Positions 1-11,560 are shown, counted from the stretch's first letter. The stretch is 64,000 bases of DNA from Candidatus Bathyarchaeota archaeon (GCA_963828195.1 CAWHDT010000003.1:256001-320000); one strand, 5' to 3'. Made by a program: numbers and translations. Notes: generated by a model from the letters alone, not told the origin.

Positions 1-385
1 CCGCCTTAATGGGCGAGTTTGCCTCAAAATCCAAAACTATCTGCTTCAGGTTAGCAAGCCAGTTATCAAAATTTTGATTATAGGGCGAAACTAAAAAAAC
101 CTGATTTCCCAGCTGGCTTGACTCTTTGAGAGTTTTCTCTGCAACCGCCCTTACATAAGCCAAATTCGTCGCATTAGACTTATCACGCGATGGCAACTGC
201 GGTTCCTCCTCGCCCATTATAGCCTTTAGCGAGTTAATTTCCTCTTTTAAAGCGGCGATTTGGATTGCTAAAACATTCCCTTTAGCGTCAGCTAGCCGTT
301 TGAGTTCTTCAACTTCGGCTATAAGGCTTAGTTTTTCAGCTTCCAACTTTTTTATTTTATCAACACTGCTCTTAATGATGCTCAC
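1..385 (-). CDS. Hypothetical protein with N-terminal coiled coil, runs off the window edge (partial)
   Basis: Hand translation from GTG at 385 gives MSIIKSSVDKIKKLEAEKLSLIAEVEELKRLADAK...FEANSPIKA with no stop to position 1; heptad pattern in the first 55 aa; absent from the ORF track because the stop is outside the window. Confidence 0.6.
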   Translation of the reverse strand, partial: MSIIKSSVDKIKKLEAEKLSLIAEVEELKRLADAKGNVLAIQIAALKEEINSLKAIMGEEEPQLPSRDKSNATNLAYVRAVAEKTLKESSQLGNQVFLVSPYNQNFDNWLANLKQIVLDFEANSPIKA

Positions 386-885
386 TACGTTTCCCCTTTT
401 CAAAAGGCACATTATCTTTTTTGCACTTAAAACTTTTGCAAAAAAGTTACATAACAGAAGTCAACTTGACTAAAAAGTAAAACGCAAATATCTGAAAAAT
501 AAATGCCAATGGTTTATTTCAAGTACTTTTGAGGATAAATTTCTCACCTCTTGAGCCTTCAACCATAAACAGCGACTTAGCTTATGCCTTTGAGGACGGG
601 TGGCTGCTACAAAATTGCTCCAAACATGCATGCGCAACCTTCAGGTAGTCAACTGACCGCTTAGTAATTTTTCACTGTTATCTAAAAAACAAATAATCAA
701 TTTTACGATATATTTTTATTATTATAACATATTTTAAACGGAAATAAGTTTTAAATATGATTAATATTCTCTATCAATATTTAATACAAAAATAATTACC
801 CTCTATTCTGCATAACAATATAAACAACCTAAGACAAGCTAAGCATTCAATCAGCGAGTATAATTCATTGAAAGGAGAAGTTCAA

Positions 886-963
886 ATGAAAATAGTGAAA
901 AAACCGCTAAGTCAATTTGCGCCAGCTTTAACTATCAATTCCTCGTCCGGAGGAAAACGATGA
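886..963 (+). CDS. Putative 25-aa leader/upstream ORF (MKIVKKPLSQFAPALTINSSSGGKR)
   Basis: AGGAG about 8 nt before ATG 886; its TGA (961-963) overlaps the ATG (960-962) of the large surface protein as ATGA. Confidence 0.35.
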   Translation: MKIVKKPLSQFAPALTINSSSGGKR

Positions 964-3900
964 AAAAATCCAAATTTCTAACAGCTATAATTATTACAAT
1001 AATTTTCGTCCAATTATTTGCGTATGCAAGTCTTACCCAAGTAAAGGGTGACCTAACAGCTCCGGTTACGGCAAATGATCCCCAAAACAATTGTCTACTT
1101 ACTTTTACCAGATGCATTGATGGGTACTGGCAGGGAATCTGCAACTGGCTCGGTTGGCATTCTGGATGCAATTCTATTGAAGCCATCACCATCGCTCCAG
1201 CAACCGCAACCATTGCTGCTGGTCAATCCCAATTATACTCAGCGACCGCCTACAACCAAAAAGGCAACAGCTGGATCATATCAACCAATCCAGATACAGT
1301 TTGGAGTATCAGTAGCGGCGCCGGAACCTACGTTTGGACAGGCAGTTCTGTGCAAGTCACTAAGGCTGGCACTTGGACTGTTACTGCAACTTACAAAGGC
1401 AAGTCAGATACGGCCTCTTTAACTGTTACTCACGCAAGCCTTAACGAATTGGCTGGCATCACAGTTTCTGTTAACCCGACGATTGTTGCTGCTCCCAATA
1501 GAGTCGTAGGCACAGCTACAGCATATGACATTTATGGAAACAGTTGGGACGTCAGCACTTTGGCGACTTGGAGTATTCCTGCTGGTAATGATGGCGGTTC
1601 TTGGGTTCAGAATGTTTATACTTCTCACACGGCTGGCACCTACACTGTGCAAGCTGCTTATGAAGGCAAGACAGCTACTACAAGTTTGACTGTTGCTCAT
1701 TCGACAAACGAGGCACAGTTAGCCAGTCTGGCGATTAATCCTTCCACCTCGACAATTGCTGCGGGTTCAACTCAGCCTTATACGGCTACAGCCACTGACT
1801 CGTTTGGTAACTCTTGGGACGTGACTGCCGGCATTTCGGCTTCAAACGGTTGGAGCATAAGCTCTGGCGCAGGCGGTTCCTGGAGTGGAGCAACCTACAC
1901 TTCAGAAAAAGCTGGCGAGTGGACAGTAACTGGAACCTACCTCGACAAGACCGCTACTGCTACTTTGACTGTCACCCACGCAACCGATGAAGCGCATCTC
2001 GCCTACATCACCGCCTCAATGAACCCAACCTCCGTTGCTACATCAAACACTTCCACGGGTACAGCGACAGCTTACGATTCATTTGGAAACAGCTGGGACA
2101 TAAGTACTGTGGCGTCTTGGAGTATCCCTGCTGGAGGCGACGGCGGCTCTTGGTCTCAGAACGTTTATACTTCATTTTTAGCTGGCGCCTACATAGTGCA
2201 AGCAAGTTACGAAGGCAAAACTGCGACTACTTCCCTAGTCGTTACTCATGCAACAAGCACGAATAACTTAGATCATATAGTCATCGAACCCAGCCAGTCC
2301 ACAGTTAATGTCGGTGTTTCTCAATCTTATACTGCTACTGCATACGACACATTCGGCAACAGTTGGAGCATTACGGCAGTTTACAGTTGCGTAAACTCCA
2401 ATGTAGTTGTTTCTGGTAACTCAGTCTACTCTAACGTGGACGGCAGCTATACTATAACTGGAACCTACGACGGAAAATCTGATACAGCAACACTGAACGT
2501 TGTTGGGCATTTGTTGACTATCGTTTCCATTGCAGTGTCACCTAAAACAGCCTCAATTTCAGCTGGAAATTCCCAAGCTTTTACCGCCACCGCTTCAGAT
2601 GGATACAATACATGGGACGTTACCAGCACAGTTACTTGGAGCATTAACACTACCGCCGGAGGCTCTTGGGATCAAAGCACCGGTATGTACACATCTGCCG
2701 CGGCAGGCACTTGGATGGTCAAGGCAACTCTGGGCACGCTATCAGATACAGCAACTTTGACCGTAAATGCCAATTCAGCGTTGCCTAGTTCCATAATCAT
2801 TAGCCCAACTACATCGACAATTGCAGCAGGAACTTCACAAAACTACACCGTTACGGCGTATGACCAATATGGCAATAGTTTAGGCGATGTCACCTCATCA
2901 ACGACTTTTAATGCTCCCGGCGCTTCAGTGACCGAAAACTCCGTTACATCAAATAACGTTGGTTCCTACACCGTCACCGCAACTTACAGTGGGTTAACTG
3001 ACGCTGCAAGCTTAACAGTGACTGGTTACACAGTAACGTTCACTGAGAACGGTCTGCAAACTGGAACAAGTTGGAACATAACTTTCGGCGGACAAGAGTA
3101 CTCCTCTTTAACCGACACAATAGCCATCAACGATGTTTCAGCACTAAGCTATTCATGGACCACTTCAAACAACATTCAAAATGGGCAAACAAGATACTTG
3201 GCCGCTCAAACTTCAGGCAGTCTTTCGATTCCAAGTCAATTAACCCAAAATATAGATTACTCAACGCAATACTTGGTTACCTATTCTTCAATTGGAAATG
3301 CCTTATCCGTTTCAGTTCCAACAGCCGAGTGGGTTAACACAGGCGCACAAGCTGACGGTTCATTCCCCACTCAGGTCATCAACGAGGCTCAAGATACTCG
3401 ATGCAACTTCCTAAGCGATAACCGACCAGAAACGATCACGCAACCAACAATAATCATAGGCACCTACCAAACCCAATATTACTTAACAGTCACTTCACCA
3501 TATAACACGGCAAGTGGAGCAGGCTGGTATAACGCGGGAAATGCAGCAACAGCTTCACTGGAAAGCGGGACAGCGTCAGGCTCAGTTGGAACGCAATATG
3601 TCTTTACAGCTTGGAGCGGCGACGCATCAGGTTCAAGTTTAACAAGCAATAACATCATAATGAACAGCCCCGAAACTGCCACAGCCACTTGGACAACACA
3701 ATACTACCTCACAGTAAGCTCTCCCTACGGCAGTCCAAGCGGTGCAGGCTGGTATAACAGCGGATCACTAGCCACTGCAAGACTTTCAAGTGGAAAAGTT
3801 TCAGGCAGTAAAGGTGTTCAATATGTCTTTAACGACTGGAGTGGCGACGCATCGGAAGCGGCACTAACTTGCAGCGTATTAATGACTAGCCCAGAAACAG

Positions 3901-4520
3901 CTACTGCTTCATGGAATACACAATACCTGGTAACTTATGCTGCAGTTGGCAATGCTCTACCAATAACTGTTCCATCGAATGAATGGGTTAACTATGGAGC
4001 CGCTGCGCGAGGCAAATTCCTTCCCACAGTAGTAGACTCTGCCGACGATACCCAATGTCTCTTTCTAAGCGACAACCGAACACAAAGTATCACTCAACCC
4101 ACAACAATAACAGGCGAATACCAGTCACAGTACAAAGTGACATTCAACCAAATAGGTATACTGTCGGATACAAAAGGAACAGTAGTAACAATCTTAAGCA
4201 CCCCAGAATGCTGCTCTCAACTAGCGAATGTAACATGGGTTAATAATGGCACACAACTTACATTCATCTTTAAAGCCTCAGTTGCAAGCACAACAGCTAA
4301 CAAAATGTACATTTTAAAAGGCGTAAACGCAGTTTCACCAATGATAATCGATAAACCAACAGTAATCCAAGGCACATACCAAGCTCAATACAGCACAAGC
4401 TTATACACAGTTTTAGAGTTCGCAATAATCATCTTCATCATTCTTTTAACTATAGCAGCATTACTTAGCTATCGCGGAAGAAAAAATAAAAACGAAAGAA
4501 GCCTTAGCACAACAGCCTAA
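960..4520 (+). CDS. Large cell-surface protein with tandem Ig-like (Big_2-type) repeats and C-terminal TM anchor
   Basis: Signal peptide; about 7 repeats of TATAYDxFGNSWD...YTVTATYxGK; later QYYLTVxSPY...GAGWY repeats; Ser/Thr rich; C-terminal hydrophobic helix plus basic tail; GGAGG SD. Confidence 0.85.
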   Translation: MKKSKFLTAIIITIIFVQLFAYASLTQVKGDLTAPVTANDPQNNCLLTFTRCIDGYWQGICNWLGWHSGCNSIEAITIAPATATIAAGQSQLYSATAYNQKGNSWIISTNPDTVWSISSGAGTYVWTGSSVQVTKAGTWTVTATYKGKSDTASLTVTHASLNELAGITVSVNPTIVAAPNRVVGTATAYDIYGNSWDVSTLATWSIPAGNDGGSWVQNVYTSHTAGTYTVQAAYEGKTATTSLTVAHSTNEAQLASLAINPSTSTIAAGSTQPYTATATDSFGNSWDVTAGISASNGWSISSGAGGSWSGATYTSEKAGEWTVTGTYLDKTATATLTVTHATDEAHLAYITASMNPTSVATSNTSTGTATAYDSFGNSWDISTVASWSIPAGGDGGSWSQNVYTSFLAGAYIVQASYEGKTATTSLVVTHATSTNNLDHIVIEPSQSTVNVGVSQSYTATAYDTFGNSWSITAVYSCVNSNVVVSGNSVYSNVDGSYTITGTYDGKSDTATLNVVGHLLTIVSIAVSPKTASISAGNSQAFTATASDGYNTWDVTSTVTWSINTTAGGSWDQSTGMYTSAAAGTWMVKATLGTLSDTATLTVNANSALPSSIIISPTTSTIAAGTSQNYTVTAYDQYGNSLGDVTSSTTFNAPGASVTENSVTSNNVGSYTVTATYSGLTDAASLTVTGYTVTFTENGLQTGTSWNITFGGQEYSSLTDTIAINDVSALSYSWTTSNNIQNGQTRYLAAQTSGSLSIPSQLTQNIDYSTQYLVTYSSIGNALSVSVPTAEWVNTGAQADGSFPTQVINEAQDTRCNFLSDNRPETITQPTIIIGTYQTQYYLTVTSPYNTASGAGWYNAGNAATASLESGTASGSVGTQYVFTAWSGDASGSSLTSNNIIMNSPETATATWTTQYYLTVSSPYGSPSGAGWYNSGSLATARLSSGKVSGSKGVQYVFNDWSGDASEAALTCSVLMTSPETATASWNTQYLVTYAAVGNALPITVPSNEWVNYGAAARGKFLPTVVDSADDTQCLFLSDNRTQSITQPTTITGEYQSQYKVTFNQIGILSDTKGTVVTILSTPECCSQLANVTWVNNGTQLTFIFKASVASTTANKMYILKGVNAVSPMIIDKPTVIQGTYQAQYSTSLYTVLEFAIIIFIILLTIAALLSYRGRKNKNERSLSTTA

Positions 4521-4543
4521 CGTCAACAGCTAACAAACGCAAG

Positions 4544-4582
4544 TTTTCTTTCTTTTTATTTGTTCAGGTTGTTTTCTTTTTT
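4544..4582 (+). terminator. Oligo-T tract, putative archaeal intrinsic terminator
   Basis: T-rich run about 25-60 nt after the stop at 4520, between convergent genes. Confidence 0.4.
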
Positions 4583-4725
4583 AAAAATAAGTTAAAGTCA
4601 GTAGGACTCAAGGGAGAACTCAACCTTTTTTTAAAATTCTATTTCTCCAATTATACCACAAATTACTGCAAAACTGTAACGGACTTAGAAAAGACTATTT
4701 TTTAGCAAGCACTTCAAAGTGGAGG

Positions 4726-4956
4726 CTATCGATCCATATACATGAAATGAATAAACATATAACCAAAGTAGGCTATCGCAAAGGCTGTCAATCCTATCTC
4801 TGAGGAAAGAATAACCCTGTTGCTTTCTACTCCCCTAAAATAACCGTTTTGAGCAATGCTCGTAAAAACGGTAGTCTGCAAAAACAATGCGCTGGCTATG
4901 CTGCTTAGACCTAAAACATGAACGAGCATTCTGAACTTTCTAGGTAAGTTTGACAT
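4726..4956 (-). CDS. Small hypothetical membrane protein (2 TM)
   Basis: 76-aa ORF with two hydrophobic segments; AGGAG SD upstream. Confidence 0.6.
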   Translation of the reverse strand: MSNLPRKFRMLVHVLGLSSIASALFLQTTVFTSIAQNGYFRGVESNRVILSSEIGLTAFAIAYFGYMFIHFMYMDR

Positions 4957-5330
4957 TTTGGGCTCCTGTTATTTTCATGTGATAAGTCAATTAATGACCC
5001 TTGTTAATTGGAAATACATATTTTTAATAAACAAATCAAATCATTTTTAAATTTTCTGTACAAACTCAGCTAGTCTTCTATTTTGCTTAATTCTATCTTA
5101 ACAAGCATAGTATTTTTGCATGATCAATTTACAAATCGCGTAAATTTAATTTTTTCAGCACAGGCGCGTTTTAGCCCCTTCTGTCATTTTGAATATTTTT
5201 TCGCCCAGAAAAATCACAGTCAACGCAGGAACGAAATTTGCTCTGGCGGGGTGCTTGTTTTTGATAGGCATATTTTAGCAAAGCATTATAGCTTAGTTCG
5301 CAAAAGCCATTCGTAATCAAGTGGTAAAAT

Positions 5331-5999
5331 TTGAAAACTTTGATTGCGGGTGTTGACGAAGCTGGGCGCGGATGCGTCGTTGGACCCTTAGTTGTCGCTG
5401 GCGTTATGCTGAAAGCTGAGAACTTGCATCTTCTAGCCGAATTGGGAGTTAAAGATTCAAAACTTCTGACGCCTAAGAAGCGTGAAGAATTGTACCCTGA
5501 AATTATACGTTTAGCTGAAAAATACCAAACCATAAAAGTGCTTCCGTGCCAAATTGATGTGGCAGTTGAAAGTGCCAGAAAACTGCATAAATTAAATCGG
5601 CTTGAAGCGCAAACGATGGCGCAATTAATTGAAGCCTTAAAGCCCGATGAGGCCTATGTTGATGCGGCCGACACGGTTGAGAACCGCTTCGGAAACCACA
5701 TAAAAGAATGCCTGAAAACCAAAACCCGAATTATTTCTAAACATAAAGCAGACAAAATTTTCCCTGTTGTATCAGCTGCATCCATCATAGCTAAAGTGGA
5801 GCGTGACAGAGAAATCGCAAGCTTAAAAGTGGAATACGGCGACTTCGGCAGCGGATACTTAACTGACGGGAAAACCATGGTGTTTTTGAGGGCGCTTCTG
5901 GAAAAAAATGATGATTATCCCTGTTTTGTTAGAAAATCGTGGAAGCCCGCCAAAAGAGCAAAAAGTGAAAAAGGCACGTTACAAAAAACACTTGTCTAA
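5331..5999 (+). CDS. rnhB: Ribonuclease HII
   Basis: AGVDEAGRG, DSKLL, HKAD, VSAASIIAKVERD, GSGY motifs. Confidence 0.97.
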   Translation: MKTLIAGVDEAGRGCVVGPLVVAGVMLKAENLHLLAELGVKDSKLLTPKKREELYPEIIRLAEKYQTIKVLPCQIDVAVESARKLHKLNRLEAQTMAQLIEALKPDEAYVDAADTVENRFGNHIKECLKTKTRIISKHKADKIFPVVSAASIIAKVERDREIASLKVEYGDFGSGYLTDGKTMVFLRALLEKNDDYPCFVRKSWKPAKRAKSEKGTLQKTLV

Positions 6000-6132
6000 A
6001 CTGTTTTACCATAAAAATGTTTTAGTTGTAGTCAAATGCTTCGACAAAAGGGCTACAAGCAAACGCTAATTATATAAATGTCGAGTTACACTTTTAGATT
6101 AGGAATGCGGGTTTTAAACGGCGGTTACTTGA

Positions 6133-7827
6133 TTGAGCGAAAAAGATGTTACCAAGTTTTTGCAGATACTCGGGCTCTCAAAACGAGAGATCCAAGTTTA
6201 CATGTTTCTTGCCAAAAGCGGTGTCCAATCAACCAGTTTTGTGGCTAAAAGGCTTAAAATGGAGCGTGTTCAAGCCTACCGCACATTTAAGAAACTTCAA
6301 GAGAAAGGTTTTATTGAAGCAACCTTGGAGAGGCCCACGCGCTTCACCATCGTTCCCTTCGAATCACTAGTTGACTCATTCATCAGCGCAAAAAAGACGG
6401 AGATTACAAGCCTAACTGACCAGAAACAGCCTCTTCTAACTGCTTGGCAATCGATAAGCGCTCCCGAATCAGAATATCCCGTAGCTAAGTTCTCTATCAT
6501 CACGGGTAAGAAAAAAATTCATGCTAAAATGTTATCGATGATTGAAGAGTCCAGCAGTGAAGTTATAGTTTTAACGACGGCTTTAGGGTTAATTCAAGAG
6601 GATATCGCGGGCATTTTTGATGCGGCTTTTGTGTCTGCTCAAGAGCGGAACATACCTCTTCAAATAATAACGGAGATTTCCCATGAAAACCTCAAGGTTG
6701 CAGAGCGAATAGATAAAACTATTTCTGAAGAAAACTTAAACGTTAAACTTCATCACGTAAACATGAGTTCCAAATTTTTCCCGCGCTTTTTGATTAAAGA
6801 CGAAGAAGAAGCCATCTTGTATGCGCCGTTTGGCAACGAAGCTTCCGTGCTTAATTTGGAAGATGAAGGCTTATGGATAAACGATAAAATGTTTATTTCA
6901 GTTCTGAAAGCTTTTTTTGTCCAAATGTGGCAAAGCGGAGTTGAAGCTTCAAGACGGATAGACGAGTTGAAGAGAGGAATACCGCTAAGTGAAACCGTCA
7001 TCATAAAAGACCCTAAAGAAGCCTGGATGAGGGTGACTAAGGTTCTTGAATCAGCAAAAAAAGAAGTTGTGATAATCACATCATCACAAAGCATTAACAG
7101 TTTATCAGAAAATGATCCGTTGGCAAATTACCTTAAAAAAGGCTTAAAAGTTCAGTTGATGGCGTCTATCGACTTAGACAATCTTGAACCCGCCCAGCGG
7201 CTTTCAACCCGATATGAAATCAAGCATGTTCCAATCAGTTACCTAACGATGATGCTGGTTGACAACAAGCACCTGTTCATGTTTAAGACACCGCCGCTTA
7301 ACGATGTTGTTGCCACTGAATCTGCATTTTACCTGGCTGACACATTTTACTCAAGCGACTCCAGCCAAATTGAAAGAGTAAGCGAAATGCTTGAAGATAT
7401 TTGGAAGAGAGGCATTGACATCTCAGAAGTCAGCAATCAAGCAGGAACTAAACTTCCCTCAGTTGAGGTTTCAACAACTGACGCAGTGGCAAAACTTGTA
7501 GAAAAAATGATGCAAAACAACGTCAACTCAGTACTTATAACTGAAAATCATAAGCCAATTGGCGTAATAAACGACAGGGACCTGTTAAGAGAGATAGTTG
7601 AAGGGCATAAGGATCCAACGAAAACTTTGGCAAAAGACGTTGACTTTACGCCTCTTATAACTCTTCAAGGAGACGAATCCATGATTACAGCCATGAAGAT
7701 TATGGAGGAAAAAGAGATTAAGCGAGCAGCCATGGTTAAAAACGGACAGCTCATCGGCATGCTAATGGAAAACGCAGCCAACGCCGCTAAAAGATCTGCC
7801 TTGCGAGTTAAAGCACCTGCACAATAA
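6133..7827 (+). CDS. TrmB-family transcriptional regulator with duplicated effector domains and C-terminal CBS pair
   Basis: N-terminal TrmB wHTH (LGLSKREIQVY...LQEKGFIE..ERP); two PLD-like effector domains (RFLIKDEEEAIL, TMMLVDNKHLF); CBS motifs (PIGVINDRDLL, GQLIGML). Confidence 0.85.
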   Translation: MSEKDVTKFLQILGLSKREIQVYMFLAKSGVQSTSFVAKRLKMERVQAYRTFKKLQEKGFIEATLERPTRFTIVPFESLVDSFISAKKTEITSLTDQKQPLLTAWQSISAPESEYPVAKFSIITGKKKIHAKMLSMIEESSSEVIVLTTALGLIQEDIAGIFDAAFVSAQERNIPLQIITEISHENLKVAERIDKTISEENLNVKLHHVNMSSKFFPRFLIKDEEEAILYAPFGNEASVLNLEDEGLWINDKMFISVLKAFFVQMWQSGVEASRRIDELKRGIPLSETVIIKDPKEAWMRVTKVLESAKKEVVIITSSQSINSLSENDPLANYLKKGLKVQLMASIDLDNLEPAQRLSTRYEIKHVPISYLTMMLVDNKHLFMFKTPPLNDVVATESAFYLADTFYSSDSSQIERVSEMLEDIWKRGIDISEVSNQAGTKLPSVEVSTTDAVAKLVEKMMQNNVNSVLITENHKPIGVINDRDLLREIVEGHKDPTKTLAKDVDFTPLITLQGDESMITAMKIMEEKEIKRAAMVKNGQLIGMLMENAANAAKRSALRVKAPAQ

Positions 7828-7887
7828 CAAATTTTTAGGCTTAAGTTTCCTCTGCCAATTTTTTTGATGGGTAAATGATATTAATAA

Positions 7888-8598
<711 letters not shown>

Positions 8599-8612
8599 AT
8601 GCGTGAGCGCCC

Positions 8613-9494
8613 TTGAAAGTTGAAGCTGAATGTGAATCTTGCCTGCTTGCTCGGGGATCAACACAGATCTATCAAGCCACAACTAACCCTGCCCTGCGTT
8701 TCAGATGCCTCGCCGAAGTTGTAAAACTTTTAAATCGAGAATTCAAACCAACTTCGGTGGCTGCTAATTTAGGCACAAAAAGAGACCGAATAATTAAGCA
8801 GTTAACAAGCAACAAGGACCCGTATGTTCGCACTAAGAAGGCGGCTAACGAGAAAGCCATGAAACTGCTGCCTAAGGCAAAAAAACTCGTGGACGAAGGA
8901 AACAATCAGCAGGAACGCTTCAAAAAAGCCTGCTTATGCGCTATTGTTGGCAACATTATGGAGTTTGACATTCCAGGACACAAGTTCAACTTGAACGATC
9001 TTGCGAGTTGCATTCGGGAAGCATCTAAAGACTTAGCCATAGACGACATCGACAGGGCTTATGATTTGGCGAAGAAAGCAAGCCACGTGCTTTATCTGGC
9101 GGATAACGCTGGAGAAATCGTTTTTGACATGCTGCTTGTTGAGCAGCTAAAGAACATGGGGTTAAAAGTCACCTATGTCGTTAAAGGCGGACCCGTAATC
9201 AACGACGCCACAATGGAAGACGTAGCGTTCTCAGGCATGGATAAAATAGCCGACGAAATATTAACCACCGGAACCGACGCGGTGGGCTTGCAGAAAAAGG
9301 AGGTTTCGCCTGAATTCCTCAAAGTTTACGATGCAGCCGAGCTGATTTTCGCCAAAGGCATGGGGTACGCAGAAACCCTCACCGAGTACAAGTTAACGAA
9401 GCCTCATCTGCTGCTGTTCAGAACCAAATGTGTACCAGTAGCCAACTACTTCCGTGTTCCCCGCGACAAAAACATTGCCAAGCTGATGCCTTAA
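8613..9494 (+). CDS. DUF89/ARMT1-family damage-control phosphatase
   Basis: ECESC N-terminus, GNIME, LADNAGEIVFD, VINDAT, AKGMGYAE, KC motifs. Confidence 0.9.
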   Translation: MKVEAECESCLLARGSTQIYQATTNPALRFRCLAEVVKLLNREFKPTSVAANLGTKRDRIIKQLTSNKDPYVRTKKAANEKAMKLLPKAKKLVDEGNNQQERFKKACLCAIVGNIMEFDIPGHKFNLNDLASCIREASKDLAIDDIDRAYDLAKKASHVLYLADNAGEIVFDMLLVEQLKNMGLKVTYVVKGGPVINDATMEDVAFSGMDKIADEILTTGTDAVGLQKKEVSPEFLKVYDAAELIFAKGMGYAETLTEYKLTKPHLLLFRTKCVPVANYFRVPRDKNIAKLMP

Positions 9495-9496
9495 AA

Positions 9497-11560
9497 ATGA
9501 AGATGCCCACAATAGCTTTTTCTCAAGAATCGTTCTCCCCTTTTGGCGAGGCTATACAGAAAGAGTGGCTTATAACCAACGGTTTAGGCGGCTACGCATC
9601 AAGCACCGTTTTAGGCATAAACACAAGAAAATATCATGGCTTACTGGTTGCCGCTTTAAATCCGCCTGGAGACCGCACCGTCTGCCTCTCAAAGCTAGAT
9701 GAAGACGTCTCCGTCGGCAAAGATTTTTACCAGTTAGGCGCCAACGAGTTCCGCGACGTGATTTACCCGCAGGGCTACAAGCTGCTTAAAACCTTCACAC
9801 TCGACCCTTTCCCCACCTACACCTATGGCTTCGGCGACGTGACAGTTCAAAAAACGGTTTTTACACCAAAAAACAAAAACGGCGTCGCAGTAATCTATAA
9901 AATTTCAAACAGCAACAGCTTCGACGCTAAATTCAGAATTTACCCGCTTTTAACCTGCAGACATTTCCACAACGTTTTAGACCAGTGGAGAAACCCCCTG
10001 TACTTCAGCCAAAAAACCAGCGGCGGCGCGTTTGAAGCGGCTTTTCAGAATCCAGAGGCTACGTTTCTGTGTCGCTCAACAGAGGGCGTGTTTAAAGAGA
10101 AAATTAACTGGGTGGACCATTTGTTTTACCGTGCTGAAGCCGCAAGAGGGGAAGCCAGCGTTGATGATTGTTTTCAGCCGGGAAGCTTTGAGCTGCCTGT
10201 TTTAGCTGGGGCAGAGAAGAGTTTTGCAGTAACCGCTTCTCTTAGCAGTGAAGCCGCCTCGGCGAAAGAGGCTCTTGAGGGCATCGGCGGCACAATTGAT
10301 GAGGTCAACGCTTCGCTAAATCAGGAGTTAACGCTGAAAAACGGTTTGCTGGAGAATTTTTACAGTTTACACCCTGAGGTTCCGCAGAGCGATTGGCTAA
10401 ACTGGATTCTTTTAGCCGCTGACTCATTTGTGGTGCAAAGTGCAGCGGGTGAAAAATCGGTTATTGCAGGTTACTTCTGGTTTGAGCCGTGGGGCAGAGA
10501 CACCTTCATTTCGCTGCCTGGCTTAATGCTGGCGACAGGCAGATTTGCCGATGCAAAGAATATTTTGCAAAACTTCATTCACTACTGCAAAGCAGGGCTT
10601 ATCCCAAACTACATTTCCGATAAGTCAGGGGAACCAACATACAACACTGTTGACGCCACATTCTGGTACGTTAACGCTGTCCTCCAATACCTAAAATACA
10701 CTGGCGACTTCGTGTTTGTCGAAGAGGAGCTTTGGGATAGTCTGCAGGCGATAGTGGATTATCATGAACGGGGCACCCTCTTCGGCATAAGGCTGGACTA
10801 CGATGGCTTGCTTATGCATGGGTCGCGGCTTACATGGATGGATGCTGCAGTCGGCGGCAAAGAAATTACGCCAAGAGTCGGCAAAGCCGTGGAGATCCAA
10901 GCGCTCTGGTACAATACGCTGCGGATCATGCAGTTTTTGGCAAACGACTTCGGCGACAACGCTTCCGCCCAGAAGTACGCTTCAATGGCTGATAAAACCA
11001 GCCGCAGCTTTAACGAGAAATTCTGGAACCCGAACGCAGACTGCCTCTTCGACGTCTTGGGCGCCGAGGGTGCGGATGCGTCTCTTCGCCCCAACCAGGT
11101 TTTCGCCGTCTCGCTCGATTTTACCATGTTGGACAAAGACAAAAGCGCGAAGGTTGTCAGCCTTGTTAATCGGGAGTTGGCGACGCCCTTTGGGCTGCGC
11201 ACTTTGGCGTTGAGCGACCCAAAATTCGTGGGCAAATGCTTCGGCGACAGATTAAGCAGAGACGCCGCCTACCACAACGGAACCATCTGGCCCTGGCTGC
11301 TGGGGCCATTCATAACCGCGTACCTGAAAGTCAACGGCTACAGCCCTCAGTCACGTGAGTACGCATTGAAAAACTTTGTTTTACCCCTCTTAGGCAGCGG
11401 AATCAACCATGCGGGACTGGGCACCTTGAGCGAAATATACGACTGCGACTCGCCGAACACGCCCCGAGGCTGTATCTCCCAGGCGTGGAGCGTCGCCGAA
11501 CCCCTAAGAACATACATAGAAGACGTGCTGCAGATTAAACCAAGATTCCAGTTTACCTAG
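9497..11560 (+). CDS. Glycogen debranching enzyme (amylo-alpha-1,6-glucosidase, archaeal/GDE_N + GDE_C type)
   Basis: EWLITNGLGGYASST, RKYHGLL, WGRDTFISLPG, TWMDA, YHNGTIWPWL, QAWSVAE; start moved to ATG 9497 just after the upstream stop. Confidence 0.93.
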   Translation: MKMPTIAFSQESFSPFGEAIQKEWLITNGLGGYASSTVLGINTRKYHGLLVAALNPPGDRTVCLSKLDEDVSVGKDFYQLGANEFRDVIYPQGYKLLKTFTLDPFPTYTYGFGDVTVQKTVFTPKNKNGVAVIYKISNSNSFDAKFRIYPLLTCRHFHNVLDQWRNPLYFSQKTSGGAFEAAFQNPEATFLCRSTEGVFKEKINWVDHLFYRAEAARGEASVDDCFQPGSFELPVLAGAEKSFAVTASLSSEAASAKEALEGIGGTIDEVNASLNQELTLKNGLLENFYSLHPEVPQSDWLNWILLAADSFVVQSAAGEKSVIAGYFWFEPWGRDTFISLPGLMLATGRFADAKNILQNFIHYCKAGLIPNYISDKSGEPTYNTVDATFWYVNAVLQYLKYTGDFVFVEEELWDSLQAIVDYHERGTLFGIRLDYDGLLMHGSRLTWMDAAVGGKEITPRVGKAVEIQALWYNTLRIMQFLANDFGDNASAQKYASMADKTSRSFNEKFWNPNADCLFDVLGAEGADASLRPNQVFAVSLDFTMLDKDKSAKVVSLVNRELATPFGLRTLALSDPKFVGKCFGDRLSRDAAYHNGTIWPWLLGPFITAYLKVNGYSPQSREYALKNFVLPLLGSGINHAGLGTLSEIYDCDSPNTPRGCISQAWSVAEPLRTYIEDVLQIKPRFQFT

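Noticed and set aside
6028-6048. GTAGTCAAATGCTTCGACAAA upstream of the TrmB gene as another copy of the 22-bp operator
   Set aside because: The spacer is one base short and there are several mismatches; not counted
9428-9496. N-terminal extensions given by the ORF track for the debranching enzyme (likewise malQ 57459, mtnA 60709, aRF1 63182)
   Set aside because: They overlap upstream genes or promoters and precede the family N-terminus; downstream ATGs fit better
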